A stretch of DNA of 64,000 nt, taken from positions 87,866-151,865 of the forward strand of contig JBGUGD010000004.1 in the NCBI GenBank assembly GCA_041697335.1, given 5' to 3'. The number at the start of each line of letters is the position of its first letter. Position 1 is the first letter of the stretch. The notes beneath the pieces are model-generated. The model worked only from the letters and a program-made list of their open reading frames with translations, searched no databases and was not told where the DNA came from. Shown one piece after another: positions 1 through 7,708 of the stretch. Source of the DNA: Vampirovibrionaceae bacterium NZW_1234. GTDB lineage: Bacteria > Cyanobacteriota > Vampirovibrionia > Vampirovibrionales > JAGQHJ01. The translations under genes and the position numbers were made by a program.

Positions 1-6
1 GCTCAG

Positions 7-564
7 TTGGGTCGAAGTTTTATGCCCTGGGTGGTTCAGGCGGCCTCAGAAAATGGGAAACACATTTCAGCCCAGTTTTCTCTGCCACAGACGCTCATGG
101 TTCGTGACGAGATCATGGATTCACTTCAAACCATCCTGATCCATTTGTTTCGAAATGCCGTGTTTCATGGGATAGAAGCCCCCGAGGATCGGGTTCAGCG
201 GGGGAAATCTGAGACCGGTGTCATTCGTCTGAGTGCAGATGTCGAGGGGGACCATGTGATTTTGACCCTGGAAGATGACGGAAGAGGCCTATCTTCTCGC
301 AATCCGGTGAAGACCCCCGATCTGTTTTCCTTGGAGTCAGAGCCAAGTGACCGGGTCACTGAAAATGCGGCCCTGGAAACCTCGATCTATGCGACAACAA
401 ACGTCCAAACGGGCTTGGGAATTGGCCTGCATATTGTCCAATCAAAAATGAGTCAACTGAGTGGAAGTATTGAAATAAATGCTCAGGAAAATCAAGGAAC
501 CGCTGTTGTCTTACGGCTGCCACGCTGTCATTTCCTGCATTTGGACGAGGCTATGGGCGCCTAA
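7..564 (+). CDS. C-terminal part of a CheA-like histidine kinase (HATPase domain); probably begins upstream of the window
   Basis: N box HLFRNAVFHGIE, 'R...GK.E.G.I.L' CheA signature, G1 box EDDGRGL, G2 box GLGIGLHIV and terminal GT..LRLP. No CheW (P5) domain follows. Confidence 0.8.
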   Translation: MGRSFMPWVVQAASENGKHISAQFSLPQTLMVRDEIMDSLQTILIHLFRNAVFHGIEAPEDRVQRGKSETGVIRLSADVEGDHVILTLEDDGRGLSSRNPVKTPDLFSLESEPSDRVTENAALETSIYATTNVQTGLGIGLHIVQSKMSQLSGSIEINAQENQGTAVVLRLPRCHFLHLDEAMGA

Positions 565-668
565 GCGCTGTTGGTTACTGATGATGAACCTGCCCAAGAG
601 GCTAGAAAACATTTTGTATTCAAGGTATAATATAAATGTAAATACCAAATTAGGGATGTTATAACGGA

Positions 669-1331
669 TTGGTCACTACAAACACAACCGTCACGAATAT
701 AAATGAACAGGGCTTGCAGAGCTGGCTGCAGCAACGGTTGAGTGAGCAGCGTTACCAACATTCCCTTGGGGCACAGCAAAAAGCGATTGAAATTGCCCGT
801 AATTTTAAGCTTTCAGAGTCCATTGTTGAAAAAGCCGGTTTGGCTGGTCTTTTGCATGATGCTGCAAAGCTGTCTTCTCCTGCCGAGTTGCTGGAGATGG
901 TAACGATGTTTAATATTGACATTTCTGATGCCGAGCGGGAGTCGCCTCAGGTGCTGCATCCCTTTGTTGGGGCGGAGTTGGCGCGATGGGAATTGAATAT
1001 TCAGGACGAGGACGTCTTGAACGCGATTCGCTATCACACCACTGGGCGTGCCGGTATGTCTGATGTGGAGAAACTGGTTTATCTTGCCGATAAGATTGAG
1101 GGAAACACTCGAAACCCCCTGTATACTCAGAAGATTACGTCCATTTTGAATTACCAGGATCCCACGACCTTGGACAAAGCCGTTCTTTACATTATGGATT
1201 CCACAATTACGTTTCTCATCGAAAAAGGCCAGGTTATTCATCCCAGAACCGTGGAAGCCCGAAACGACCTGGTAAACAAGCTTAAATCGGCCCAGGATAT
1301 GGGTGGTTTCCCCGAAGTCACTAGAAAATAG
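669..1331 (+). CDS. yqeK: HD-domain bis(5'-nucleosyl)-tetraphosphatase YqeK
   Basis: RYQHSLG, LLHDAAK, AIRYHTTG, YLADKIE motifs; adjacent to rsfS as in the conserved yqeK-rsfS arrangement. Confidence 0.88.
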   Translation: MVTTNTTVTNINEQGLQSWLQQRLSEQRYQHSLGAQQKAIEIARNFKLSESIVEKAGLAGLLHDAAKLSSPAELLEMVTMFNIDISDAERESPQVLHPFVGAELARWELNIQDEDVLNAIRYHTTGRAGMSDVEKLVYLADKIEGNTRNPLYTQKITSILNYQDPTTLDKAVLYIMDSTITFLIEKGQVIHPRTVEARNDLVNKLKSAQDMGGFPEVTRK

Positions 1332-1342
1332 GAGGATTATTT

Positions 1343-1729
1343 TTGGAAAAACAACAGCTGACATCTTTTGAGACCGCCGCTCTTGCCGCAAATTGGGCGG
1401 AAGATAAGAAGGCAAAAGATACACTGGTGTTAAAAACCGATCATGTTTCCACATTGGCAGATTATTTTGTGATTGCATCGGTCGAAAGCCGTACCCAGAT
1501 GGTGGCTTTGGCCGATTATTTGTTGAAATCATTTAAGCAGGAGAAGATTGAAACGGTTGGGTATGAGATCGATAAGGGCGGCCGTTGGACGCTGTTAGAC
1601 TTTGGTGATGTGGTAATCCACCTGTTTCATCACGAAGATCGCGCCTTTTACAAGCTGGAGCGCTTTTGGAATCATGCAACAGAGGTTCCTCGGGCCATGT
1701 GGTATCAGGAAACCCGTCAGGCCTCCTAA
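1343..1729 (+). CDS. rsfS: Ribosome silencing factor RsfS
   Basis: DKKA.D, LADYFVIAS, WTLLDFGDVVIHLF, R.FY.LERFW motifs; AGGAGG RBS upstream. Confidence 0.95.
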   Translation: MEKQQLTSFETAALAANWAEDKKAKDTLVLKTDHVSTLADYFVIASVESRTQMVALADYLLKSFKQEKIETVGYEIDKGGRWTLLDFGDVVIHLFHHEDRAFYKLERFWNHATEVPRAMWYQETRQAS

Positions 1730-1756
1730 AGGCAAGCTAAACTGGAACTTCAACAA

Positions 1757-1786
1757 CAATCCCCATCCGAAACCGGGTGGGGATTG
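1757..1786. terminator. GC-rich hairpin between convergent rsfS and bfr; REP-like palindrome copy 1
   Basis: CAATCCCCATCCG-AAAC-CGGGTGGGGATTG, a 13-bp stem with one G-U pair; near-identical copy at 59513-59540. Confidence 0.75.
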
Positions 1787-1811
1787 AATTGTATTCCGAA
1801 AAAATGAAGTG

Positions 1812-2276
1812 CTAATGGGCAGCCACTGCTGCGGTCATAGCAGGCTTTCGCATCATTTTGCGGACTTCGCCAATGTGTTGCTCTTCTTCGGCAATCATAC
1901 GGCGAGCATATTCTTCAAACATCACGGACTTGTCTTTCACCAAGTTCAGCAGCACCCGGTAGAGTTCCATTTGCATTTCCTCATGCTCCAGAGACTCTTC
2001 CAGAATATTGTAGATGTCGTGCTGGTGGGTTTCCAAGAGAGGCCCAATGCTTAAGGACGGGTGATCGTCCAGGTGTGTAATCAACTCACCGGCTTCTTGG
2101 CTATGACGCAGCGATTCTTCGGCTTGGCCACGGAGCCAGGAGGTGATAGGAATCCGATTAGGGCCATAGATCATCAACGAATAGTGAGTATAACGGACCA
2201 CGCCAGCCAACTCGGTTTCCAGAATCTGATTGAGAATATTGACGACTTTGGCTTGATCAAAGGAGTATTCGGGCAC
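1812..2276 (-). CDS. bfr: Bacterioferritin / ferritin-like iron storage protein
   Basis: Ferritin-like four-helix pattern with ferroxidase-type residues (LETEL...Y, EES..H, E.E, EEEQH). Confidence 0.85.
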   Translation of the reverse strand: MPEYSFDQAKVVNILNQILETELAGVVRYTHYSLMIYGPNRIPITSWLRGQAEESLRHSQEAGELITHLDDHPSLSIGPLLETHQHDIYNILEESLEHEEMQMELYRVLLNLVKDKSVMFEEYARRMIAEEEQHIGEVRKMMRKPAMTAAVAAH

Positions 2277-2404
2277 GATGGATTACCTCATGTGACTTCA
2301 TTTTTAACCATCAACGATGTTATCTCCTTATTTAAACATAGGTTGCGTAAGATGCGTATGCACAAAGCACAGGAATCCGTAATGCCTGAGGTGGAAAAGG
2401 GAAA

Positions 2405-2812
2405 TTAGCCTTGAAGCCAGAGCTTGCGTTTCTGTTTATCATCCGCCAGGCAACCATTACAACCCTTATGGCAACATGACTTGAGCGATTTGTCCTTAAT
2501 CTCCAGTTCAATGCATGGCCCTAAGGCCGGGGTCAGAATCTCCTGAAGCCATCCTTTAAGTGCTTTCCAGTCCAGGGTTTTGGGTGCGTCTGTTGTGTCT
2601 AGCTTAAGAACCAATTTATTTTTTTTCGCTCGGATGGTCCACAGGCGGACGCCCCAATCAGCTTTGAGCTTGTCTGGTGTCGCTCCGGATTGGATTAGGA
2701 CTTGCTCAGCGAAGGCTTGTAATGTTTTTTTGTCTTTATCCTGACCAAATAAAGGTAAGTCAGGTTTGGAAGCCTTTGGGAATGAGGAAGATAAGATGGG
2801 TTTGGTATTCAT
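2405..2812 (-). CDS. Hypothetical ~135-aa protein with C-terminal CCxxGCxxC cysteine cluster (possible Fe-S/metal binding)
   Basis: Start taken at the ATG overlapping the upstream stop (ATGA, 2809-2812); C-terminal KSCCHKGCNGCL. Confidence 0.65.
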   Translation of the reverse strand: MNTKPILSSSFPKASKPDLPLFGQDKDKKTLQAFAEQVLIQSGATPDKLKADWGVRLWTIRAKKNKLVLKLDTTDAPKTLDWKALKGWLQEILTPALGPCIELEIKDKSLKSCCHKGCNGCLADDKQKRKLWLQG

Positions 2813-4200
2813 GCCCAAGGACTCCGGGCTGAAGGGAGAGTATACGGTTGACCATAACTGCCATAGAATGCTGGAGACCATGTCGGGAGCGGTGAAAAGG
2901 CTCCCAAGGTGGGTTGAGAGAAGGATGTGTTTGAAGAGGCCACCCAGGCTGAAGAGGGCATGAAGGCAGGTATCCCCCATGACTGTTGTAGAGAATGGGG
3001 TCTTGCCTGTGTTTTGCGAGTATTGGCGGTTTCCATTTCCAAGGGATCAGAAGCCTGAGCCAGTTGGGCAAACAGGGCTTCCAAGTTCGGTCCTGCATTC
3101 TGAGAGTCATTTTCTCCGGAGAAATTTGCAGTCTTCCTCAAGACGGCTTTTGGTTGGGTATCGGTGCCATTGCGATACCCAATGCCGGCACGATATCCGG
3201 AGACACTATATAAAAAGGCCAGTGCTGGAACAATCCACTTTAACCCGGCTAAAACGCCAACTGTGGCAACATCATCAATATGGAGACCGACATCCAGTAA
3301 CTCCGGGTGTCGTTCGTCGTTGAGATTTTTAAAGAGGCTGCCGACACCATGTTTGGAAACGTTCTGTTTTAGTTCACCGAAAGTTTGGCTGAAGCCCTTG
3401 TCGAACAAGGGGTTAAAGAAATTTTTGCCAAAGAAGTTAGCAATGCTGCTTCCGCCAATGACCCCGAAGGCTGCAATGCCCACCATCATGCTGGCAACCC
3501 GAGCGAGCTTGTTTTTGCCAAAAGGGGTCTTTTCCAGTCCGAAAAGGCACAGAGCCGCTCCGACGTTACACAGTACGATGTTCGATAAATACTGATAAAT
3601 CCCCTCTTTGGCCTGATTTTTGAATTCTTTTTTCCAGCGATCGCCATTGAGAACATTACCCAACACACCGCCTAAAACCCCACCTACCACTGGGAAAAAG
3701 CCGAGCATGGAAAGGTTCCAAATTTCCCGAAACATTTTGGCAGCCCCTTCATTAACCGGAGGGGGGATAATGATGTTTATTAACTTGCTTTGCTGCGCTT
3801 TACCAAGGGGAGCGAAGTGCTTATAGAGTTGACCCACTTCGCTGGGCTTGAGAATGCGGGTTTTTGATTTATTCAGCAAGGCGTCGAGTGCGGATGAGAC
3901 GGTAATTTTTTGTTTAGTTAATAAGTCACGGACCGTTTTAGCAGCTCGGACGGCATTATGAGGTTCAAGAACAGCAAATTTTCGGGTGGCAAACAGGGCG
4001 GCCGCGACAGTGGCTGCCATGACGGAGCCAATTTTGATGAAGCGTTTTCGACGTTCGTCTGCAGGAGCTCTCAACGTTTCGTAGGCGACATACCCGGCCC
4101 CGGCTAAGGGAAGAAGGATAGGGGTTGCGCTGTTAAGGCGCCGCAATAAGAGCGGTTGGTCCAAGTATTTGGCGAAGGTATGAAGAGAGCTAACGTTCAT
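2809..4200 (-). CDS. Hypothetical multi-pass membrane protein with aromatic/Pro/Ser-rich C-terminal tail
   Basis: 463-aa ORF with several Gly-rich hydrophobic segments and an ERHPE...HIDD motif; lies downstream of the Fur-box promoter. Confidence 0.75.
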   Translation of the reverse strand: MNVSSLHTFAKYLDQPLLLRRLNSATPILLPLAGAGYVAYETLRAPADERRKRFIKIGSVMAATVAAALFATRKFAVLEPHNAVRAAKTVRDLLTKQKITVSSALDALLNKSKTRILKPSEVGQLYKHFAPLGKAQQSKLINIIIPPPVNEGAAKMFREIWNLSMLGFFPVVGGVLGGVLGNVLNGDRWKKEFKNQAKEGIYQYLSNIVLCNVGAALCLFGLEKTPFGKNKLARVASMMVGIAAFGVIGGSSIANFFGKNFFNPLFDKGFSQTFGELKQNVSKHGVGSLFKNLNDERHPELLDVGLHIDDVATVGVLAGLKWIVPALAFLYSVSGYRAGIGYRNGTDTQPKAVLRKTANFSGENDSQNAGPNLEALFAQLAQASDPLEMETANTRKTQARPHSLQQSWGIPAFMPSSAWVASSNTSFSQPTLGAFSPLPTWSPAFYGSYGQPYTLPSARSPWA

Positions 4201-4236
4201 AATCCCTGCTGGTTTGGTGTTAATAGCGGGCTATAC

Positions 4237-4359
4237 TTGGCTCAGAAACAAGGAATGGGACAAATTGGTGATAAAGCAAGAATCGTAAAGAGAGAGTGAG
4301 AAGAACACGGTCTGAGCCAATCCTGAGGACGTCAGAATATCTCTATTTGAGAATAATTC
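4237..4359 (-). ncRNA. Candidate Fur-regulated structured leader / sRNA with CU-rich loop
   Basis: Perfect 10-bp inverted repeat (4237-4246 / 4311-4320) closes a 64-nt loop that is pyrimidine-rich on the minus strand, just downstream of the predicted promoter. Confidence 0.45.
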
Positions 4360-4417
4360 TCATAAAGCTTATGAGAATTATTCTCAATTGTCAAATTGTT
4401 ATTGATAATGATTCTCA
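4348..4417. promoter_or_regulatory. Three Fur-family (7-1-7) operator boxes
   Basis: TGAGAATAATTCTCA 4348-4362, TGAGAATTATTCTCA 4372-4386 and TGATAATGATTCTCA 4403-4417, matching the TGATAATnATTATCA consensus. Confidence 0.85.
4366..4394 (-). promoter_or_regulatory. Sigma70-type promoter pointing into the 4200-2405 operon
   Basis: Minus strand: -35 TTGACA (4394-4389), 17-nt spacer, -10 TAAGCT (4371-4366). Confidence 0.75.
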
Positions 4418-4523
4418 TTTTCACTTATCCTAGCCTTCAGTATGATGTGAATAAAGTCCGTAAAGATGGCGGGTTTCTGAGGAGACAAAAATCGATGCAT
4501 CAACGTACGGGGAAGACACTTTG

Positions 4524-5135
4524 ATGAGCTTAGTTTCAACCACCACTCCCGGGGCTATGCTAAGACCAGTAAGGCCATCTATGCGGTTTTTAGGTCATGA
4601 GCGGCAATCTCACTATTTAAATAAGTTTCATACATTTGACACAGGCAGCAGCGATGCCTTTAAACGGATTTACCAACTGGCCCATCACCCTCAAGGCCTG
4701 GGTTGGCACATTATTTTGGCCTATGTCGAAGCGGCCAAGCATCCGCCTCTTTTGCCTTTGGTCATTGAAAACTTTTCTCTTCAAGTATTGCTGTCCAAGG
4801 CTCGTCGGCGTAAAGATCAAAGTGTGATCGATACGATCAAGGAACGCTTGGAAGACTTTCATGTGGCGACTGAAGCCTTTGTGACAGGCAGGCCCATTGA
4901 AGAAGTGGCAAAGAAGCGCCAAGAGGATGTTTTGGCCAAGACCAAACATGAACTTCCTTTTGACCCAGCAACGCTGCCCGAACGACTAGAGTTCAGTGAG
5001 GAAGAGCATCAACTCAAAAAAAGCTCGGTACGGATTCTGACTAAGGTATTTCAAAAGATGCGCGCTAGTCTCATGCGGCGTTTTCCAGAGCAGCAACCTG
5101 AAAAGTCATCTGAAACCAAACCTCAACAAGCTTAA
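4524..5135 (+). CDS. Hypothetical protein
   Basis: ~203-aa ORF with GGGGAAG RBS; no recognisable family; divergent from the Fur-box promoter. Confidence 0.65.
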   Translation: MSLVSTTTPGAMLRPVRPSMRFLGHERQSHYLNKFHTFDTGSSDAFKRIYQLAHHPQGLGWHIILAYVEAAKHPPLLPLVIENFSLQVLLSKARRRKDQSVIDTIKERLEDFHVATEAFVTGRPIEEVAKKRQEDVLAKTKHELPFDPATLPERLEFSEEEHQLKKSSVRILTKVFQKMRASLMRRFPEQQPEKSSETKPQQA

Positions 5136-6268
5136 GCCGGATGAGGCTGTGGCTGAGATAAGGTTCTTTTTACCGCTTCAAAGACCTGGTCTGGTGTAAT
5201 GGCCGCCATACAAGCCATAGTCCCTAAAGGGCACTCGGTTTGGTTACATGGTTGGCAATCCAAGGGCGGCGTAGCTGAAAGCAGAATACCTTGTTCATTG
5301 TACCGAGGGGGAGGGGTTCGTAAATATCCTGTAGCGCCATAGAGACCAATTAAGTGGGAGTATCCCATCGCTCCAGCCAGATGAAGGGGAGCACTGTCTG
5401 GTCCAATCAAGGTATGAAGTCGAAGGCATAAAGCTTTGAGCGTTGCCAGATCGGTTTTCCCGGTTAGGTTTTTCAGGCGGGTTTTATAGGCGGGATGTTG
5501 GCTTTCTATATCTGCAACAAGCTCTTGACTTCGTGCAACATCATTTGGCCCACCTAAAAGAACAATATTGGTATTGGATTCTTTCAGAAGTCGAAGGATG
5601 AGCACTTTCCAGTGGGAAAGAAGCCAATGCTTGCTTGCCCAGGTCGTTGCCGGCGCCATAGCGACGATAGGAGTATCCGGAGACCAGTCCGAAAGAAGGG
5701 ATTGAGCTTGGGCCATGGTGGCCTCGGTTACAGGTAGGGTAGGGAAGGGTATAGTAGTGTTGACATCAGTGTTGCAGCCGGCGGCAAAGAGCAAGCGCTT
5801 GAAGTGTTGGAGGATAGGGACGCTTTGAGTAAAAAATCCTTCAGGGGAGGCCACAGATTGGGTGTAGAACAAGCTTGCCATTTCTCTGGCGCTGGCAAAC
5901 CCAATACGCTGAGAAGCGCCAGAAAGATAGGTCATTAAGCCACTTTTAAACAGCCCCTGAAAGTCCAAGGCAAGATCATAATCTTGTTGTCGAAGCTCTG
6001 CTAAAAAGATGCCTATTTCCTGAAGGGTTTGTTTCCATAATCCAGGCCGAGACATCGATTTCAGCCATCGTTTCCGATGAGAGATGTGAATGACATCAAT
6101 TTCGGCGATTCCTTCCAAAAGTACGGCGGCATCTGTCTCCACCATCCAGCCGATTTTTGCGTGGGGATAGCTTTCTCGGAGCAGGGGCAAGATGGGCAGG
6201 GTTTGGAGAACATCTCCTAACGCACTGAGACGAACCACTAAAATCTTCTCAGGATACGCTTTCTGCAT
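5132..6268 (-). CDS. Glycosyltransferase family 9 (LPS heptosyltransferase)
   Basis: KILVVRLSALGD, YDLALDFQGLFKS, LTGKTDL, DSAPLHLAGA and C..C....C motifs. Confidence 0.92.
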   Translation of the reverse strand: MQKAYPEKILVVRLSALGDVLQTLPILPLLRESYPHAKIGWMVETDAAVLLEGIAEIDVIHISHRKRWLKSMSRPGLWKQTLQEIGIFLAELRQQDYDLALDFQGLFKSGLMTYLSGASQRIGFASAREMASLFYTQSVASPEGFFTQSVPILQHFKRLLFAAGCNTDVNTTIPFPTLPVTEATMAQAQSLLSDWSPDTPIVAMAPATTWASKHWLLSHWKVLILRLLKESNTNIVLLGGPNDVARSQELVADIESQHPAYKTRLKNLTGKTDLATLKALCLRLHTLIGPDSAPLHLAGAMGYSHLIGLYGATGYLRTPPPRYNEQGILLSATPPLDCQPCNQTECPLGTMACMAAITPDQVFEAVKRTLSQPQPHPA

Positions 6269-6361
6269 TAGTTTTGAATCGATAAACTTTTATATAATGA
6301 ATTCATGGGGCTTTTGCAGGCCTATGCATTGCATAATGCTTCTTCATTTTACGGAAGGTTT

Positions 6362-7708
6362 ATGCCAGGAATCAACTCGTCGACCTATATTTATTTGTTG
6401 GTACTGGGGTTATTAACCCTCATTGCCGTAGGAATTGTTGTTGCGATTTTAAAAGTGCAGCAGGGCCGGTCCGGATCTGGCGTACCTCGTCTGAGTTATC
6501 GAGAGCATTTGAAGGAAGCGGATCAGCTTTATAAGCAATATCATTATGCCGAGGCACTGCAACACTATCTGGCCGCAATTCGAATTAGCAATAAAGACCA
6601 CATGGTGCACTACCGTATTGGGCGAGTTTATATGATGCTGAAGGATCTGTCGGGGGCTGAGCGTGCCTATTTAAACGTCTTACGCCTGGCACCTGATTTT
6701 AGCGAAGCCCTGTATGAACTGGCTCAAGTGTATTATCGCCATAAAAACCCGAAAATCGCTCTCAGCTATGTTAATAAGCTTTTATTACAGAGTCCCTCCC
6801 ATATTCCGGGGTTAAAGCTAAAAGCCCATATTTTGGCCGAGTTGGAAGAGTTTGATCAATCGGCGGCGCTCCTCAAAGAACTGGTTGAGCAGAATCCGAA
6901 TAACGCCGATTTGGTACTCTTATTGGGATCGGTTTTGCACAAGGCTGGCAAATGGCAGGAAGCCCTGCAAACTTACCAGACCTTGTTGGATTCAGACCCC
7001 TCTGATTCAAAAAACGTTCGCTTCCAGATCTACCAAGTCTATGTGGATGAGGGAATGTTTGAGAAGGCTATCGCCACGCTCAATCAAATCTTGACGGAGG
7101 AAACCGGAACCATCAGTCAAACTAAGTTGCGGACGGAAATGGCGAACTGTTATTGCCGAAAAGCCGATGACTCATTTGAACGCGGTTTACTCAACGATGC
7201 GATGGAGTCTTATAACAAAGCGAAGGAGTGGGATGAAAACCACCAGGGCATTTATATGGGCTTAGGTAAGCTCTACTGTCAGCAGGAGGACTATGATAAG
7301 GCTTCAGAAGCCTATAAGCGGGTAATGGACCTTGGTGTCGCTGATGAATCCCTCTATCTAGAGATAGCGTCAATTTATGAGCGAATGGATCGCTTTGATG
7401 AGGCCATCTCCTATCTGAAATCAATAGAGCGCACCAACCCATCTGCCCAGATATTCTATTACCTGGGTACGTTGTATGGGTTAAAAGGGGATATGGAAAA
7501 CTGTATCGATTATCTCAACAAGACTATTCATCGTTCGCCCCGTTTTGTTGACGCCTATTACAACCTAGGTGTTGCTTATGAGCAACACAAGCGTATTAAA
7601 GAGGCCATCAACATGTACAAAAAAGTCTTAGAGCTCGACAGCAGCCACGAAGAGGCTAAGGCCAATCTCAAGTTTCTCAAGTCAAAGCAATACAAGCCCT
7701 CAGTCTAA
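6362..7708 (+). CDS. Membrane-anchored tetratricopeptide repeat protein
   Basis: N-terminal TM helix followed by multiple TPR repeats (e.g. AYYNLGVAY...A...Y.K.L.L). Confidence 0.85.
   Translation: MPGINSSTYIYLLVLGLLTLIAVGIVVAILKVQQGRSGSGVPRLSYREHLKEADQLYKQYHYAEALQHYLAAIRISNKDHMVHYRIGRVYMMLKDLSGAERAYLNVLRLAPDFSEALYELAQVYYRHKNPKIALSYVNKLLLQSPSHIPGLKLKAHILAELEEFDQSAALLKELVEQNPNNADLVLLLGSVLHKAGKWQEALQTYQTLLDSDPSDSKNVRFQIYQVYVDEGMFEKAIATLNQILTEETGTISQTKLRTEMANCYCRKADDSFERGLLNDAMESYNKAKEWDENHQGIYMGLGKLYCQQEDYDKASEAYKRVMDLGVADESLYLEIASIYERMDRFDEAISYLKSIERTNPSAQIFYYLGTLYGLKGDMENCIDYLNKTIHRSPRFVDAYYNLGVAYEQHKRIKEAINMYKKVLELDSSHEEAKANLKFLKSKQYKPSV

Noticed and set aside
2813..2980. N-terminal 56 aa of the 191-aa ORF in the track
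   Set aside because: Overlaps the upstream gene; the ATGA-coupled start at 2812 is more plausible.
4347..4417. Repeated GAGAAT/ATTCTC units as a CRISPR array or transposon end
   Set aside because: No spacers of CRISPR length and no cas or transposase gene; fully explained as 7-1-7 operator boxes.
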